Positions 28,401 to 38,275 of a stretch of 64,000 nt of DNA are shown here, piece by piece (positions within the stretch are counted from its first letter, which is position 1; the number at the start of each line of letters is the position of its first letter). The notes below the pieces were generated by a model. It was not told where the DNA came from. It was given only the letters and a program-made list of their open reading frames with translations, and searched no databases. Source of the stretch: a bacterium (GTDB taxonomy: Bacteria; CLD3; SB21); contig JABWCP010000016.1 in assembly GCA_013360215.1 (NCBI GenBank), positions 1 through 64,000 on the forward strand, in the 5' to 3' direction. The position numbers and the translations under genes were made by a program.

Positions 28401-29307
28401 GGAATCCGAAGAAGATGCACCGGAGAGCGCTCCGGATACCGCGCCGCAGGAAGTATCTGGCGTCGAAAATCAGGAAATGAATATTGATGAAGTGCTGGAA
28501 AGCGATCTTGTTTCCGATGCATCGCAAGCACCTGAGACGGCATCTTTTGATCCGGAGGCGACTAAACTCGAAATAGATGAACTGCGCCGTAAACTCAAGA
28601 GTATCGGCCCGGTTAACATGGAAGCATTTGCTGAATTTCAAACGGAAAAAGAACGCCTTGATGTATTGCTCAAACAGCGTCAGGATTTGCTGGACGCCGA
28701 AGCGCAACTTTTGGAAACGATCAATGCCATCAATGAACAGGCACAAAAACAGTTCATGGAAGTCTTTGAAAAAATCCGTGCTAATTTTATCAAGATATTT
28801 ACGGGTTTATTTGTTGATTCCGAAGCCGATCTCAAACTGGAAGCCAATGAAGATATTCTGGAAGCCAATATTGATATTTTAGCCCGACCGACCGGCAAAA
28901 AAATCCAACACATTCAGCTGCTCTCCGGCGGTGAAAAAACACTAACGGCTATTTCTTTACTTTTTGCCATCTACCTTGTCAAACCTAGCCCATTCTGTAT
29001 TTTGGATGAAGTGGATGCGCCGCTGGATGACACCAATATTGATAAATTCACTAAAATCCTCAAAGACTTCTCCAAGGATACTCAGTTTATCGTTGTAACG
29101 CACAATAAGCGTACGATGGAAGCTGCGCGTAATATTTTTGGTATCACCATGCAGGAAGCCGGCGTATCCAAAGTCGTATCGGTTAAATTTTCCAATCGCG
29201 GCGATGTCAGCAAAACCGACGATATCGAGCAATTTATCAACGAAAATCAGGTCGAAGACCTGACGAAAGAAGTCAAAGACACACCGCCGTCGCCGAGCGT
29301 TGCGTGA
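25492..29307 (+). CDS. smc: Chromosome segregation protein SMC
   Basis: GFKTF, Walker A GPNGCGKSN, coiled coils, hinge with VTL.G..GG, LSGGE and LDEVDAPLD. Confidence 0.98.
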   Translation: MYLSRLEVFGFKTFAQKVDLRFDEGITNIVGPNGCGKSNVVDALRWSLGEQKASILRSEKMENVIFNGTKQRKPLNFAEVSLTIQNTKGILPTEYTEVTITRRIYRSGESEYFLNRLPCRLKDINDLFMDTGMGADAYSVIELKMVEQILSDKTEDRRKMFEEAAGITKYKIRRRQTFNKLQTTKLDLNRANDIIVEIEKKVNSLKRQTQKAKRHMKLSARLKLAEVQLAHHEYQKFAAQLAPMAEKLENLEFVAEQMLGEISKKEAEVEAMNTGLIEREQSLRAIQLQLEEQDKKIKTIEDEILVSRERKKNLEAMIGRYAEEKTALEAKREQLQARITELSATLADLESQYNGMSGTVEAKKTEMLEFDQQIQAKRTELDTVRKQSVQLIDEVAKKRNAFQLTKNNIQNIERKIADLHREGEFHNTSSEDAISALDEKRYEKKKLGEQVEALRNKITADQSALDTLRHTLDDLRSKKLHDEAEIKALHAKMAIIQKAIENHEGFPESVQYILSSKPSGIQATVADMIATDDTYKKAIETALGDSFAYLVAGGSDHVHDALTQLNTNKKGSATFLNRQKIGQFKPAFEAEALASVRGEIIGMATELVRCDDPAMARLLLSDVVIVENFEKATRLADQFPAVRFVTLQGEIVKGNYLIKGGGTVKSSDSLIGQREALNKLQDQLSQYEASVRRYQDELQTTDTTLRELTQTIANNQNLLKNTEQKFVALEKEIAQSEYEQKRSRESLTRNEDALLQAQREMEAFQLTIEDMGPEMDELEGRRGSLELETRRMEQQLAELEKQRRERSEGFNEMISSFLRMEGEIKTNRNNIESSRTQIADIEATILRREEETVAAENEIARMGDVFTEREGELITLSRERDVIERNRDAEGTEVARLRETTGKIEAELKKMRRQREEFLNSRHTMEQETTNLRFELRALEERIKRDHDFDLTKDSIEILILSTEPGSKEEESEEDAPESAPDTAPQEVSGVENQEMNIDEVLESDLVSDASQAPETASFDPEATKLEIDELRRKLKSIGPVNMEAFAEFQTEKERLDVLLKQRQDLLDAEAQLLETINAINEQAQKQFMEVFEKIRANFIKIFTGLFVDSEADLKLEANEDILEANIDILARPTGKKIQHIQLLSGGEKTLTAISLLFAIYLVKPSPFCILDEVDAPLDDTNIDKFTKILKDFSKDTQFIVVTHNKRTMEAARNIFGITMQEAGVSKVVSVKFSNRGDVSKTDDIEQFINENQVEDLTKEVKDTPPSPSVA

Positions 29308-29555
29308 TACTGTAAAAGTACACCGTCCATCCATTCACCGATCCGTCGAAATGTACGAATTTGCGCAATAATTCAACGCGTTGCTGCGTTCCGATTACAT
29401 TTTTTTTCTCGCCTGTGCTAATTCCTGCTCCTTGTTAAGTTTTGTTACCATTTTTTAAATTCATCGCACACCTTATCACATCAATTTTTTATTGGCTAAC
29501 ACCGTGCGAACATCTTATATTTTCAAAATACCGGCTATCGTATTCGGCTCTCACT

Positions 29556-30197
29556 ATGGAATCTATAGACTTTAAAAAACAGCGTGCACAGCGTATCGTG
29601 CGTTCGCTTGCCCGCTCGTATCCTGACGCACGATGCCGACTGACCTATCATGATGCGTTTGAGCTGCTCATCAAAACTATCCTCTCTGCCCAATGCACCG
29701 ATGAGCGTGTCAATTTTGTCGGCGAAACGCTTTTCCGAAAATACCGTTCTCCTGAAGATTTTATTCAGGTTCCGCAGGCCGAACTTGAAAACGATATCCG
29801 CTCCATCGGTTTTTTTCGGAGTAAAGCGCGGCACATTCAAGCGTGTTGCCGCACGCTCATACAAAACTTCAACGGATGCGTTCCGAGTACTATGGATGAA
29901 TTGGTCACCTTATCCGGCGTAGGACGAAAAACAGCTAATGTTATTTTGGGTAATATTTATAATATTCCATCCTTGGCCGTGGATACACACGTGATAAGGA
30001 TCAGCCGGCTGCTTAAACTAACGCGTCACACGGAGGCCGAATCCATTGAAGCCGATCTTATGAAAATTCTTTCGCCTAAAGATTGGGTTATGTTTTCACA
30101 CCGCGTTCAAATGCACGGTCGGACTGTGTGTATTGCCCGTCGCCCTCAGTGCGATCATTGTTCCTTAGCTAAAGATTGCCCGTCCGCAAATAAATAA
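29556..30197 (+). CDS. nth: Endonuclease III
   Basis: LSAQCTDERVN, HhH LSGVGRKTANV, AVDTHV and C-x6-C-x2-C-x5-C 4Fe-4S motif; start set at ATG 29556. Confidence 0.96.
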   Translation: MESIDFKKQRAQRIVRSLARSYPDARCRLTYHDAFELLIKTILSAQCTDERVNFVGETLFRKYRSPEDFIQVPQAELENDIRSIGFFRSKARHIQACCRTLIQNFNGCVPSTMDELVTLSGVGRKTANVILGNIYNIPSLAVDTHVIRISRLLKLTRHTEAESIEADLMKILSPKDWVMFSHRVQMHGRTVCIARRPQCDHCSLAKDCPSANK

Positions 30198-30201
30198 AAA
30201 A

Positions 30202-33200
30202 ATGAACCCTACGCGCCGTCTCCTGATCATTGCTTTTTTTTTCAGCGCTATCCCGGCATTGGGCCAACGCCTCTTCGTTCGCCATTATTCGACCGCCGAA
30301 GGGTTGCCTCAAAATCAGGTTTTTGCCATTCATCAGGATCAACATGGTTTTCTTTGGTTTGGAACCGGCGGCGGCCTCAGCCGATACGACGGGCGTCAAT
30401 TTCGCAATTACACCAAAGAACATGGCCTAGCCAGTAATGTCATCCGGGCCATTCATCGCGACAAAGATCAAAACCTTTGGTTGGCTACCGATGAAGGTAT
30501 CAGTTGTTACTTAGCCCAACGCGACACATTTATCAGTTATCATTCCGATCATATCGGCCAAGGTACGGTGCGCGCTATAGCCGGAGACGATCGCCGGCTC
30601 TGGTTTGCTACGGCCGGCGGACTTACGCGTTATGATTTTAACGATCATTCGTTTATAAACTTTACCACGGCCAACGGTTTACCTGCCAATCTCGTTCAAG
30701 CCGTTACTGTAACGGCCTACGGGAAAGTTTTCATCGGAACCAATCAGGGACTGGCTGTGATGCACGATCCGGTCAGTGATCGTATCGAACAAGTTCCAAT
30801 CCCTGGAAATAACAAATTACTTCTCCATGTCGAAGCGCTTTATTGTGATGCACGCAACCGTATTTTTGCCGGAACGCAAGGCGGTGTCATACGCATTGAC
30901 AGTCTCAAACCGGAAATCATCAGCACAGCGGACGGTCTTACCAATCCTGTCATCCGAGGTATTACAAGCGACCAATCCGGTCACATCTGGTTTGCTACCG
31001 AAGACGGGCTTTATGTCATGACCCGATCAGAGCGCCCTTACTTATTTAACAGCTACACCACACGCAATGGTTTTTTTGCCAATCAATATTACGCTGTTTT
31101 TCAGGATTCCGAAAACAACCTTTGGTTTGGCTCCTCCCGCGGTGTCAGTAAACTGATTTCCGCTGACCTCATTTCATACACCGAAGCAGAAGGTCTTGGC
31201 AACGATGTCGTGATCGGCATAACAAAGGCTACGGATAAAACATGGTATATTACTACCAACGACGGTATTTCCATTTTTCGCGAAGGACGGTTTCAGAACC
31301 TGTCAGACACAGAAGGTCTCATTGCCAAAGAAATATGGGATGCCGCAACGGATTCGGCGGGAGTAATATGGTTAGCGACCTATCGCGGTCTTCAGGCTTT
31401 GCTTCCCAAAGAACCGCGCACGCGGCTTCCGATACATACCAAACTTCCGCGTGCAGGCACTATATCATCCGGATATTACAATCTTACCTTACCGCCTAAC
31501 GATTTTATACATAATAACCGCATCGTGGATGTTTTGGTTGACCGCCGCGGACGCATTTGGTTTGCCAGCACGGATAAAGGAACGGGTTACGTTGAAATCA
31601 ATTCGACCGGTGAAATTTCCGTTCGAACATTTACTACCGCAGACGGTTTGTACAGTAACAACGTATGGATGATCTATGAGGACCGGCGCGGGCAAATATG
31701 GGCGGGCACGATCGGCGGCGGTATAGCGCGTTGGGATGAGGTATCTCAGCGTTTTACCAGCCTCAATAAAGGTCGCGGGCTTTCGGACGATGTCGCATTA
31801 AGTATTTACGAAGACCGACGCGGCGGTTTATGGATCGGCACTGAGCGCGGCGCGATGCGTTTGGCACCGGAAATCGTGAGCGGAGATTCTTTTCCCGGCG
31901 ATCTGCGTTCATACATTAGATTAGTGTCTAAACGCGACGGCTTGTCCGATAATACCATCAATGCGATTGTGGAAGATTCGGAAGGCATGATTTGGCTGGG
32001 TACGAATAACGGGCTTAATCAATTTAATCCCGAAACCGGGCTGACGCTTCAAGTTTACAACAAAAAGCGAGGCCTTATTGACAATGAAGTAAGTACACAA
32101 AACGCACTGCGCTTTTATGATCACGAGACCTTGATCGTCGGTACCAGTGCCGGTATCACGTTGCTGCCATTACGTTCATTTCGCTCGCCCCTACCGACCC
32201 GACCTGTTGTTTTGATGCAAGAATTTATGGCCGAAGATAATGCCAACAAAACGACCCGGTTGATCCCCATTGCCATGCGCCCCGATACAAACGTTTCGGA
32301 TGCATTTTTCAGTACACTTCGTACATCCGTACCGGTGGTCAGTTATCTCGAAAACAATATCACATTTCGTTTTGTAGCGCCGTCGTTTAAAGATGAAAAT
32401 GATGTGCGGTACCGTTACCGTTTACGCGGCTTTGACCGATTTTGGTCGGACCCGACGCCGGAAAATCATGTGCGTTATACCAACCTCAACGACGGTGATT
32501 ACGTATTTGAGGTAATCGCCGGCAACGGCAATGGCGCCTGGAGCGACGTTCCCACCCGCGTAACGTTTTCTGTCATGACGCCCCTATGGAAAAGCTGGTG
32601 GTTCATCACTTTTTCAATCACATTTTTCAGTTTAAGCATTTATACCGCTTATAAGTTCCGCGCCAATATCGCACGCCAACGCACCGCCGAACTTGAACAA
32701 AAAGTATTGCAGCGTACACGCGAATTGGTCGTACAGAAAGAGACCGTCGAGCGTATTTTGAACGAACTCAAAGAAACGCAGATCCATCTGATACACTCCG
32801 AAAAAATGGCTTCACTTGGTCAGATGGTAGCCGGCATTGCGCATGAGATCAATAATCCGGTCGCTTTCGTCAAAGGTAATATTTCATTATTGGAACGGCG
32901 GCTTCATGATCTGGAACGCGTATTCACCAGTTTCTCCGACGTTTTTGATTTCTACGATAAATTCAACGAATTCAGCGACGATCTACACAAAGATTTTCGC
33001 GCCAAACTGGAAGAAATAGATCGTATTATTGCGTCGACGCGATTTGAAAAATTTTTAGGCGATCTGCCTCAAGTTGTCAACGAAATGCGGGACGGAGTGG
33101 ATCGCACGCAAAAAATCGTAGAAGATCTGCGAAATTTTTCACGTCTGGACGAATCGCAATTCAAAGAAATTTCCATCATTGATAGCATTGAATCCACACT

Positions 33201-33627
33201 CAACATACTCAAAAACGAGTATAAAACGCGTATTACCATTCATCGCAATTTCGGCGACGTGCCACCGGTGTATTGCAATCCGGGTCATATCAATCAAGTT
33301 TTTATGAATTTGCTGCAAAATGCTTTTCAAGCGATCGAAGGTGACGGCAACGTTTGGATTCGCGTTGTAGCTGCCAGTAATAACATTTTAATCGCTATTC
33401 GCGACGACGGTAAAGGCATTCCCGGAGAAATTCAAAACCGCGTTTTTGATCCTTTTTTCACAACGAAACCGGTCGGTAAAGGTACGGGGCTTGGTCTGGC
33501 TATTTCATACAAAATCATCGAAGCACACAAAGGCACGATTTTCTTTGAGAGCACCCCGCAGCAGGGAACTGAATTTAAAATAACATTACCGATACGCCGC
33601 TTGGCCGATCTCCAAAAGCCGGAATAA
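30202..33627 (+). CDS. Sensor histidine kinase with periplasmic Reg_prop beta-propellers and Y_Y_Y domain
   Basis: Repeated GL..N.V..I..D..G.LW.GT..G; YRYRLRGFD..W..YTNL..G.Y.F; TM; EKMASLGQMVAGIAHEINNP; N/G1/F/G2 boxes. Confidence 0.95.
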   Translation: MNPTRRLLIIAFFFSAIPALGQRLFVRHYSTAEGLPQNQVFAIHQDQHGFLWFGTGGGLSRYDGRQFRNYTKEHGLASNVIRAIHRDKDQNLWLATDEGISCYLAQRDTFISYHSDHIGQGTVRAIAGDDRRLWFATAGGLTRYDFNDHSFINFTTANGLPANLVQAVTVTAYGKVFIGTNQGLAVMHDPVSDRIEQVPIPGNNKLLLHVEALYCDARNRIFAGTQGGVIRIDSLKPEIISTADGLTNPVIRGITSDQSGHIWFATEDGLYVMTRSERPYLFNSYTTRNGFFANQYYAVFQDSENNLWFGSSRGVSKLISADLISYTEAEGLGNDVVIGITKATDKTWYITTNDGISIFREGRFQNLSDTEGLIAKEIWDAATDSAGVIWLATYRGLQALLPKEPRTRLPIHTKLPRAGTISSGYYNLTLPPNDFIHNNRIVDVLVDRRGRIWFASTDKGTGYVEINSTGEISVRTFTTADGLYSNNVWMIYEDRRGQIWAGTIGGGIARWDEVSQRFTSLNKGRGLSDDVALSIYEDRRGGLWIGTERGAMRLAPEIVSGDSFPGDLRSYIRLVSKRDGLSDNTINAIVEDSEGMIWLGTNNGLNQFNPETGLTLQVYNKKRGLIDNEVSTQNALRFYDHETLIVGTSAGITLLPLRSFRSPLPTRPVVLMQEFMAEDNANKTTRLIPIAMRPDTNVSDAFFSTLRTSVPVVSYLENNITFRFVAPSFKDENDVRYRYRLRGFDRFWSDPTPENHVRYTNLNDGDYVFEVIAGNGNGAWSDVPTRVTFSVMTPLWKSWWFITFSITFFSLSIYTAYKFRANIARQRTAELEQKVLQRTRELVVQKETVERILNELKETQIHLIHSEKMASLGQMVAGIAHEINNPVAFVKGNISLLERRLHDLERVFTSFSDVFDFYDKFNEFSDDLHKDFRAKLEEIDRIIASTRFEKFLGDLPQVVNEMRDGVDRTQKIVEDLRNFSRLDESQFKEISIIDSIESTLNILKNEYKTRITIHRNFGDVPPVYCNPGHINQVFMNLLQNAFQAIEGDGNVWIRVVAASNNILIAIRDDGKGIPGEIQNRVFDPFFTTKPVGKGTGLGLAISYKIIEAHKGTIFFESTPQQGTEFKITLPIRRLADLQKPE

Positions 33628-33727
33628 GCTTGTATCAAAATAAGAGATGTATTATCTTTTTTTTGATTTTAACTTTCATTTTAACCACATCAACTTACCG
33701 CCACTCCAAACGTTCTAAGGAGTCTAT

Positions 33728-35017
33728 ATGATTAAAAAAGCTTCATTATCTTACGATGATAAAGTGCTGGATTTACCGCTGATCACCGGCACTGAAAACG
33801 AACAAGCCGTGGACATCGGCAAACTGCGCGGTGCTACGGGACTTGTCACCATGGACCCGGGTTACGGCAATACCGGTGCATGCCATTCCGGTATCACGTT
33901 TCTTGACGGCGAAAAGGGTATTCTTCGCTACCGCGGATATAATATTCAGGATTTGTGCGAAAGTTCTAATTTCCAAGAAGTCAGCTATCTGTTGATTCAT
34001 GGCGAACTGCCGTCGGCACAACAACTCGAAGAATTTAAACGCGGTATCACGCGTCATACCATGCTGCACGAGTCGCTGCGCAAACTTTACGATGCCTATC
34101 CGCGCGATGCCCATCCGATGGCGCTTTTGTCTTCCATCGTGTGTTCGCTATCCACGTTTTATCAGGATTCCATTGATCCGTTGAATAAAAAACATGTGGA
34201 AATTTCGATCTTCCGTTTGCTTGCCAAAATTCCGACGATAGCGGCCTATGCTTACAAAAAATCCATCGGCCAGCCTTTCATGTATCCGAATAATTCGCTC
34301 AGTTACTGTGCCAATTTTCTGAATATGATGTTTGCAGTTCCTGCCGAACCGTATGAAGTGGATCCGGAAATCGAAAAAGCACTTGATCTGCTTTTTATTT
34401 TACATGCCGATCACGAACAAAACTGTTCAACGTCAACTGTACGTATGGTGGGCAGCAGCCAAGCCAATCTTTTTGCGGCTATTTCAGCCGGCATTTGTGC
34501 ACTGTGGGGACCGCTTCACGGCGGCGCCAATCAGGAGGTGCTTGAGATGCTGCAGGAAATTCACAACGACGGCGGTGATGTCAAAAAATATGTGGAAAAA
34601 GCTAAAGATAAAAATTCCACATTCCGTTTGATGGGATTCGGTCATCGTGTATATAAGAACTTCGACCCGCGCGCAACGATCATCAAAAAAACCTGCGATC
34701 GTGTATTATCAAAACTCGGCGTAAATGATCCTTTGCTCGACATCGCGCACCAACTCGAAGAAGCCGCTTTAAAAGATCCGTATTTCATCGAAAAGAAGCT
34801 ATATCCCAACGTAGACTTCTACAGCGGTATTATTTACAAAGCGATGGGATTCCCTGTCGAAATGTTTACGGTGCTTTTTGCCATCGGACGTATGCCCGGA
34901 TGGATCGCTCAGTGGAAAGAAATGATGGAATCCAAAGAAACGCGCATCGGACGCCCACGCCAGATCTATACCGGATCGGCAGAGCGCCCTTATACGCCGA
35001 TTCATAAACGCGGATAA
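33728..35017 (+). CDS. gltA: Citrate synthase (type II)
   Basis: LHADHEQNCSTS, GPLHGGAN, GFGHRVYK and YPNVDFYSG motifs. Confidence 0.98.
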   Translation: MIKKASLSYDDKVLDLPLITGTENEQAVDIGKLRGATGLVTMDPGYGNTGACHSGITFLDGEKGILRYRGYNIQDLCESSNFQEVSYLLIHGELPSAQQLEEFKRGITRHTMLHESLRKLYDAYPRDAHPMALLSSIVCSLSTFYQDSIDPLNKKHVEISIFRLLAKIPTIAAYAYKKSIGQPFMYPNNSLSYCANFLNMMFAVPAEPYEVDPEIEKALDLLFILHADHEQNCSTSTVRMVGSSQANLFAAISAGICALWGPLHGGANQEVLEMLQEIHNDGGDVKKYVEKAKDKNSTFRLMGFGHRVYKNFDPRATIIKKTCDRVLSKLGVNDPLLDIAHQLEEAALKDPYFIEKKLYPNVDFYSGIIYKAMGFPVEMFTVLFAIGRMPGWIAQWKEMMESKETRIGRPRQIYTGSAERPYTPIHKRG

Positions 35018-35034
35018 AAGTTTTCCCTGAAACT

Positions 35035-35067
35035 AAAAACCGGCATAATTTCATGCCGGTTTTTTTT
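35035..35067 (+). terminator. Intrinsic terminator after gltA
   Basis: AAAAACCGGCAT...ATGCCGGTTTTTTTT. Confidence 0.88.
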
Positions 35068-35166
35068 ATCTTCAGTTTGAAGAAGTTAGATAAATTAAAC
35101 ATATTGCGTTACGATCTTCGCTCGCACAGCAACTTCGTTTTATTTTCTTTTACTATAGGAAAAATC

Positions 35167-35601
35167 ATGCGTATCGTAGCGCAGCGTGTTAACAAAGCCC
35201 ATGTATCGGTAGATGGTCGCATCACCGGTGCAATCGAAAAGGGTCTCGTTTTACTCATCGGCATTAAAAACGGCGACACATCGGCTGATGTAAAATTTTT
35301 TGCGGGAAAATGCCTCCACCTCCGCATCTTCGAAGATGCCGAAGGAAAAATGAATCGCAGTATTATAGATGCCAAAGGCTCTATACTCGCAGTTTCTCAA
35401 TTTACGCTTTATGCCGATACAACCAAAGGACGACGGCCTAATTTTTTGGAAGCCGCGAGGCCGGAATTAGCCGAACCGCTGTATAATGAATTTGTCACGC
35501 ACTTACGAGCGCACAATATACACGTTGAAACCGGCATTTTTGGTGCCCTGATGGAAGTGGAAATTCACAACTCCGGCCCGGTCACGATTATTATGGAATA
35601 A
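35167..35601 (+). CDS. dtd: D-aminoacyl-tRNA deacylase
   Basis: MRIVAQRV, SQFTL, GRRP.F and N.GPVT motifs; start set at ATG 35167. Confidence 0.96.
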   Translation: MRIVAQRVNKAHVSVDGRITGAIEKGLVLLIGIKNGDTSADVKFFAGKCLHLRIFEDAEGKMNRSIIDAKGSILAVSQFTLYADTTKGRRPNFLEAARPELAEPLYNEFVTHLRAHNIHVETGIFGALMEVEIHNSGPVTIIME

Positions 35602-35610
35602 AAACGACGC

Positions 35611-38175
35611 ATGAATTTTTTCCCTCGCATCTCACTATTGTATTTCCATCTTTCACACTTGATCGTATTGAGCTTTTTCACAGCGCTTGCACAAACGGCT
35701 TCCGATTCTTCGTCTATTGCTACACAGAAAGATTCTTCCCAAACTCCCGGTAACGGCGTGGATACGATGATCTACTACGGTGCCGATACTACCGAAGGCA
35801 CGCTGAATAATTCAACCGTGGTTCTCAAAAACAATGCATGGGTCCGGTTTAAAGGGATTGAAATCAAAGCCGCTAAAATCACCATTGATCAGCCCCGCAA
35901 GATCATGATCGCCGAGGCTGTACCCGACTCCATCGATTCACTCGGCCAAGTGGCGCGCTATCGCGGTATACCCGAATTCACCGAATCCGGCCAGATGTTT
36001 CACGGTAATGTGATGGAGTACAATTTTGAAACCAAGCGCGGTAAAGTCGTCATGGGCGAGACCAAAATGCAGGATGGCTTTTATTACGGCTCTACCATAC
36101 GAAAAATCGGCGACAGTACGTTATATATACGCGGCGGACGATTTACGACATGCGATGAGAAGGAACCGCATTTTTTCTTCCGCACCAAAGAAATGAAACT
36201 TTCTGTGCGGGATAAAGTCGTCGCCAAACCGGTGATATTATACATACATGAAGTGCCGATTTTCGCCATTCCGTTTGGTGTGTTTCCCAGTAAAGGCGGA
36301 CGCGCTTCCGGTATAACTCCTCCCGTTTATTTTGAGACACCCGGCGGCGAGAGACAAATTCGCAATTTCGGTTATTATTGGGCGCCCAACGACTATTTTG
36401 ATGCGCTCCTGCAAGCCGATTATTTAGATAAATCCGGTTATCAATTTCACGGCGGGGGCAACTACGCCAAACGTTATCATTATTCCGGACGAATGGATTT
36501 TTCCTATTCTCAATTGCATTCACTTAGCACGACAAGCTATAACGATAACCGAACAACCGCCGGGGCACTCAGCCTCACCCATGCGCATACTTTGAGCGAA
36601 CGATCCAATCTCAACGCCGATATTCGCTACCAGAGCAGTAAAAATTATTTTCAGAATACCAGTATCAACCAGCAGCAAATATTAAATCGTCAGCAGAATT
36701 CGAATGTCAGTTACAATAATACATTCGACTGGGGCGGCATATCTGCCAGCGCATCACATTCTCGTAATTTGGACAACGGTCAAAGTTCGCTAACATTTCC
36801 CAATGCGACGATCAGCAAATCGTCGGCGGCCGTGATACCCAAATCCGAAGAACGTCGCAACGAGCCGGACCGCTGGTATCACACGATTCGTTATTCGTAT
36901 AGTGCTAATCTGCTCGGACGACGTGAAATCGCCAATGATACTTCAGACGTGCAAAACGGGTACGGTCTACGGCACAATGCAGGATTCAATGCGCCATTCA
37001 AAGTGTTTTCGTATTTTACATTCAACCCCAATATCAATGTCGTCGAGACGTGGTACGATCGCCGTCATGAGAATTTCGGCTATCGCGCCAATGGTCAGGA
37101 CACCAGCGTCGTCAAACGCGGATTTTATGCCACGCACACGTATAGCATGGGCGCATCGCTTTCGACGAAAGTTTACGGTACGAGCAATCCCAATCTGTTG
37201 GGGTTAAAAACTTTTCGTCATGTCATGACTCCGAGTGTGAGTATTAATTACACGCCCGATTTTTCCGAATCAAAATGGGGATATTATGAATCGGTTCAAG
37301 ATACGTCGGGGAAAACCGTACGTAAAGACCGCTACGGAAAAAATCTGACGTTTGGCGGAACACCTTCCGGACGCCAGCTCTCCATGGGCTTCGGGCTCGC
37401 GCATACATTTCAAGCCAAAGTCAAAACTTCCAAAAAAGACAGCACGCAACACGACCCTGATGTACGAAAAATAGATATTATGAATATCAACAATGGCCTT
37501 AGTTACAATTTTGAAGCCGAAGAATTTAAGCTTTCCAATCTGACTACTTCTATCACGGTAGCCAATGATTTAGCCAAAAACGTAAGTTTATCCATGAATC
37601 TTACGCATGATTTTTACAAATTTGATACGACACTCAACCGCCGTATTAATAAATTCAGAAGCTTCCCGCGCTTGATCAATGCGGGTATCACCGGAGGATT
37701 TAGCGTCGAAGGCGGTTCCGGCACATCTTCAACATCATCGAGTTCCACACTTTCAACAACGGCCTCGACTACACCGCAAGGCACGGTGACACCCAACTAC
37801 GGGCAATCATACTTGCCGTCACAACGCGAGCTGCCGAGCGGCGTTCCGTGGAACGCCCGTTTTGATTTTAATTACGACATTCGGCGACTTGATCCGCATA
37901 ATGTAACCAAAACATTTAACGGAAGTGTCAGCGCTGGCACGCGCATTACTCAAAATTGGCAAATTAATTATTCGGCGCAGATCAACTTACTCAAAGAGAA
38001 AATTGTCAGCCAGAGTTTTTCGTTTGTTCGTGATCTCCATTGCTGGACGATGCGCTTTGATTGGACGCCTACCGGCCCGGCCGCAGGTTATTTTTTCGTC
38101 ATTCAGGTCAAATCTACGCAGCTCCAGGATATCAAACTGCAACGTACCGACTATGGCAATCGCATTTTCCAATAG
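35611..38175 (+). CDS. lptD: LPS assembly protein LptD-like (FCB type)
   Basis: OstA-like N-terminus, YNFETKRG, FTTCD..PHF, GYYWA; beta-barrel ending RDLHCW.M.F.W.P. Confidence 0.88.
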   Translation: MNFFPRISLLYFHLSHLIVLSFFTALAQTASDSSSIATQKDSSQTPGNGVDTMIYYGADTTEGTLNNSTVVLKNNAWVRFKGIEIKAAKITIDQPRKIMIAEAVPDSIDSLGQVARYRGIPEFTESGQMFHGNVMEYNFETKRGKVVMGETKMQDGFYYGSTIRKIGDSTLYIRGGRFTTCDEKEPHFFFRTKEMKLSVRDKVVAKPVILYIHEVPIFAIPFGVFPSKGGRASGITPPVYFETPGGERQIRNFGYYWAPNDYFDALLQADYLDKSGYQFHGGGNYAKRYHYSGRMDFSYSQLHSLSTTSYNDNRTTAGALSLTHAHTLSERSNLNADIRYQSSKNYFQNTSINQQQILNRQQNSNVSYNNTFDWGGISASASHSRNLDNGQSSLTFPNATISKSSAAVIPKSEERRNEPDRWYHTIRYSYSANLLGRREIANDTSDVQNGYGLRHNAGFNAPFKVFSYFTFNPNINVVETWYDRRHENFGYRANGQDTSVVKRGFYATHTYSMGASLSTKVYGTSNPNLLGLKTFRHVMTPSVSINYTPDFSESKWGYYESVQDTSGKTVRKDRYGKNLTFGGTPSGRQLSMGFGLAHTFQAKVKTSKKDSTQHDPDVRKIDIMNINNGLSYNFEAEEFKLSNLTTSITVANDLAKNVSLSMNLTHDFYKFDTTLNRRINKFRSFPRLINAGITGGFSVEGGSGTSSTSSSSTLSTTASTTPQGTVTPNYGQSYLPSQRELPSGVPWNARFDFNYDIRRLDPHNVTKTFNGSVSAGTRITQNWQINYSAQINLLKEKIVSQSFSFVRDLHCWTMRFDWTPTGPAAGYFFVIQVKSTQLQDIKLQRTDYGNRIFQ

Positions 38176-38275
38176 CGATTAAAAAAATCGTGGTTTGAAA
38201 ATAAAAGAAACTTGTCTCGTTGTAATACGTAAACAACTTAATCTTATTCTCATCATTATCCATGTCGGAGGAGTT

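Noticed and set aside
29395-29451. Small minus-strand ORF MVTKLNKEQELAQARKKM between smc and nth
   Set aside because: No SD and no supporting features; expected by chance.
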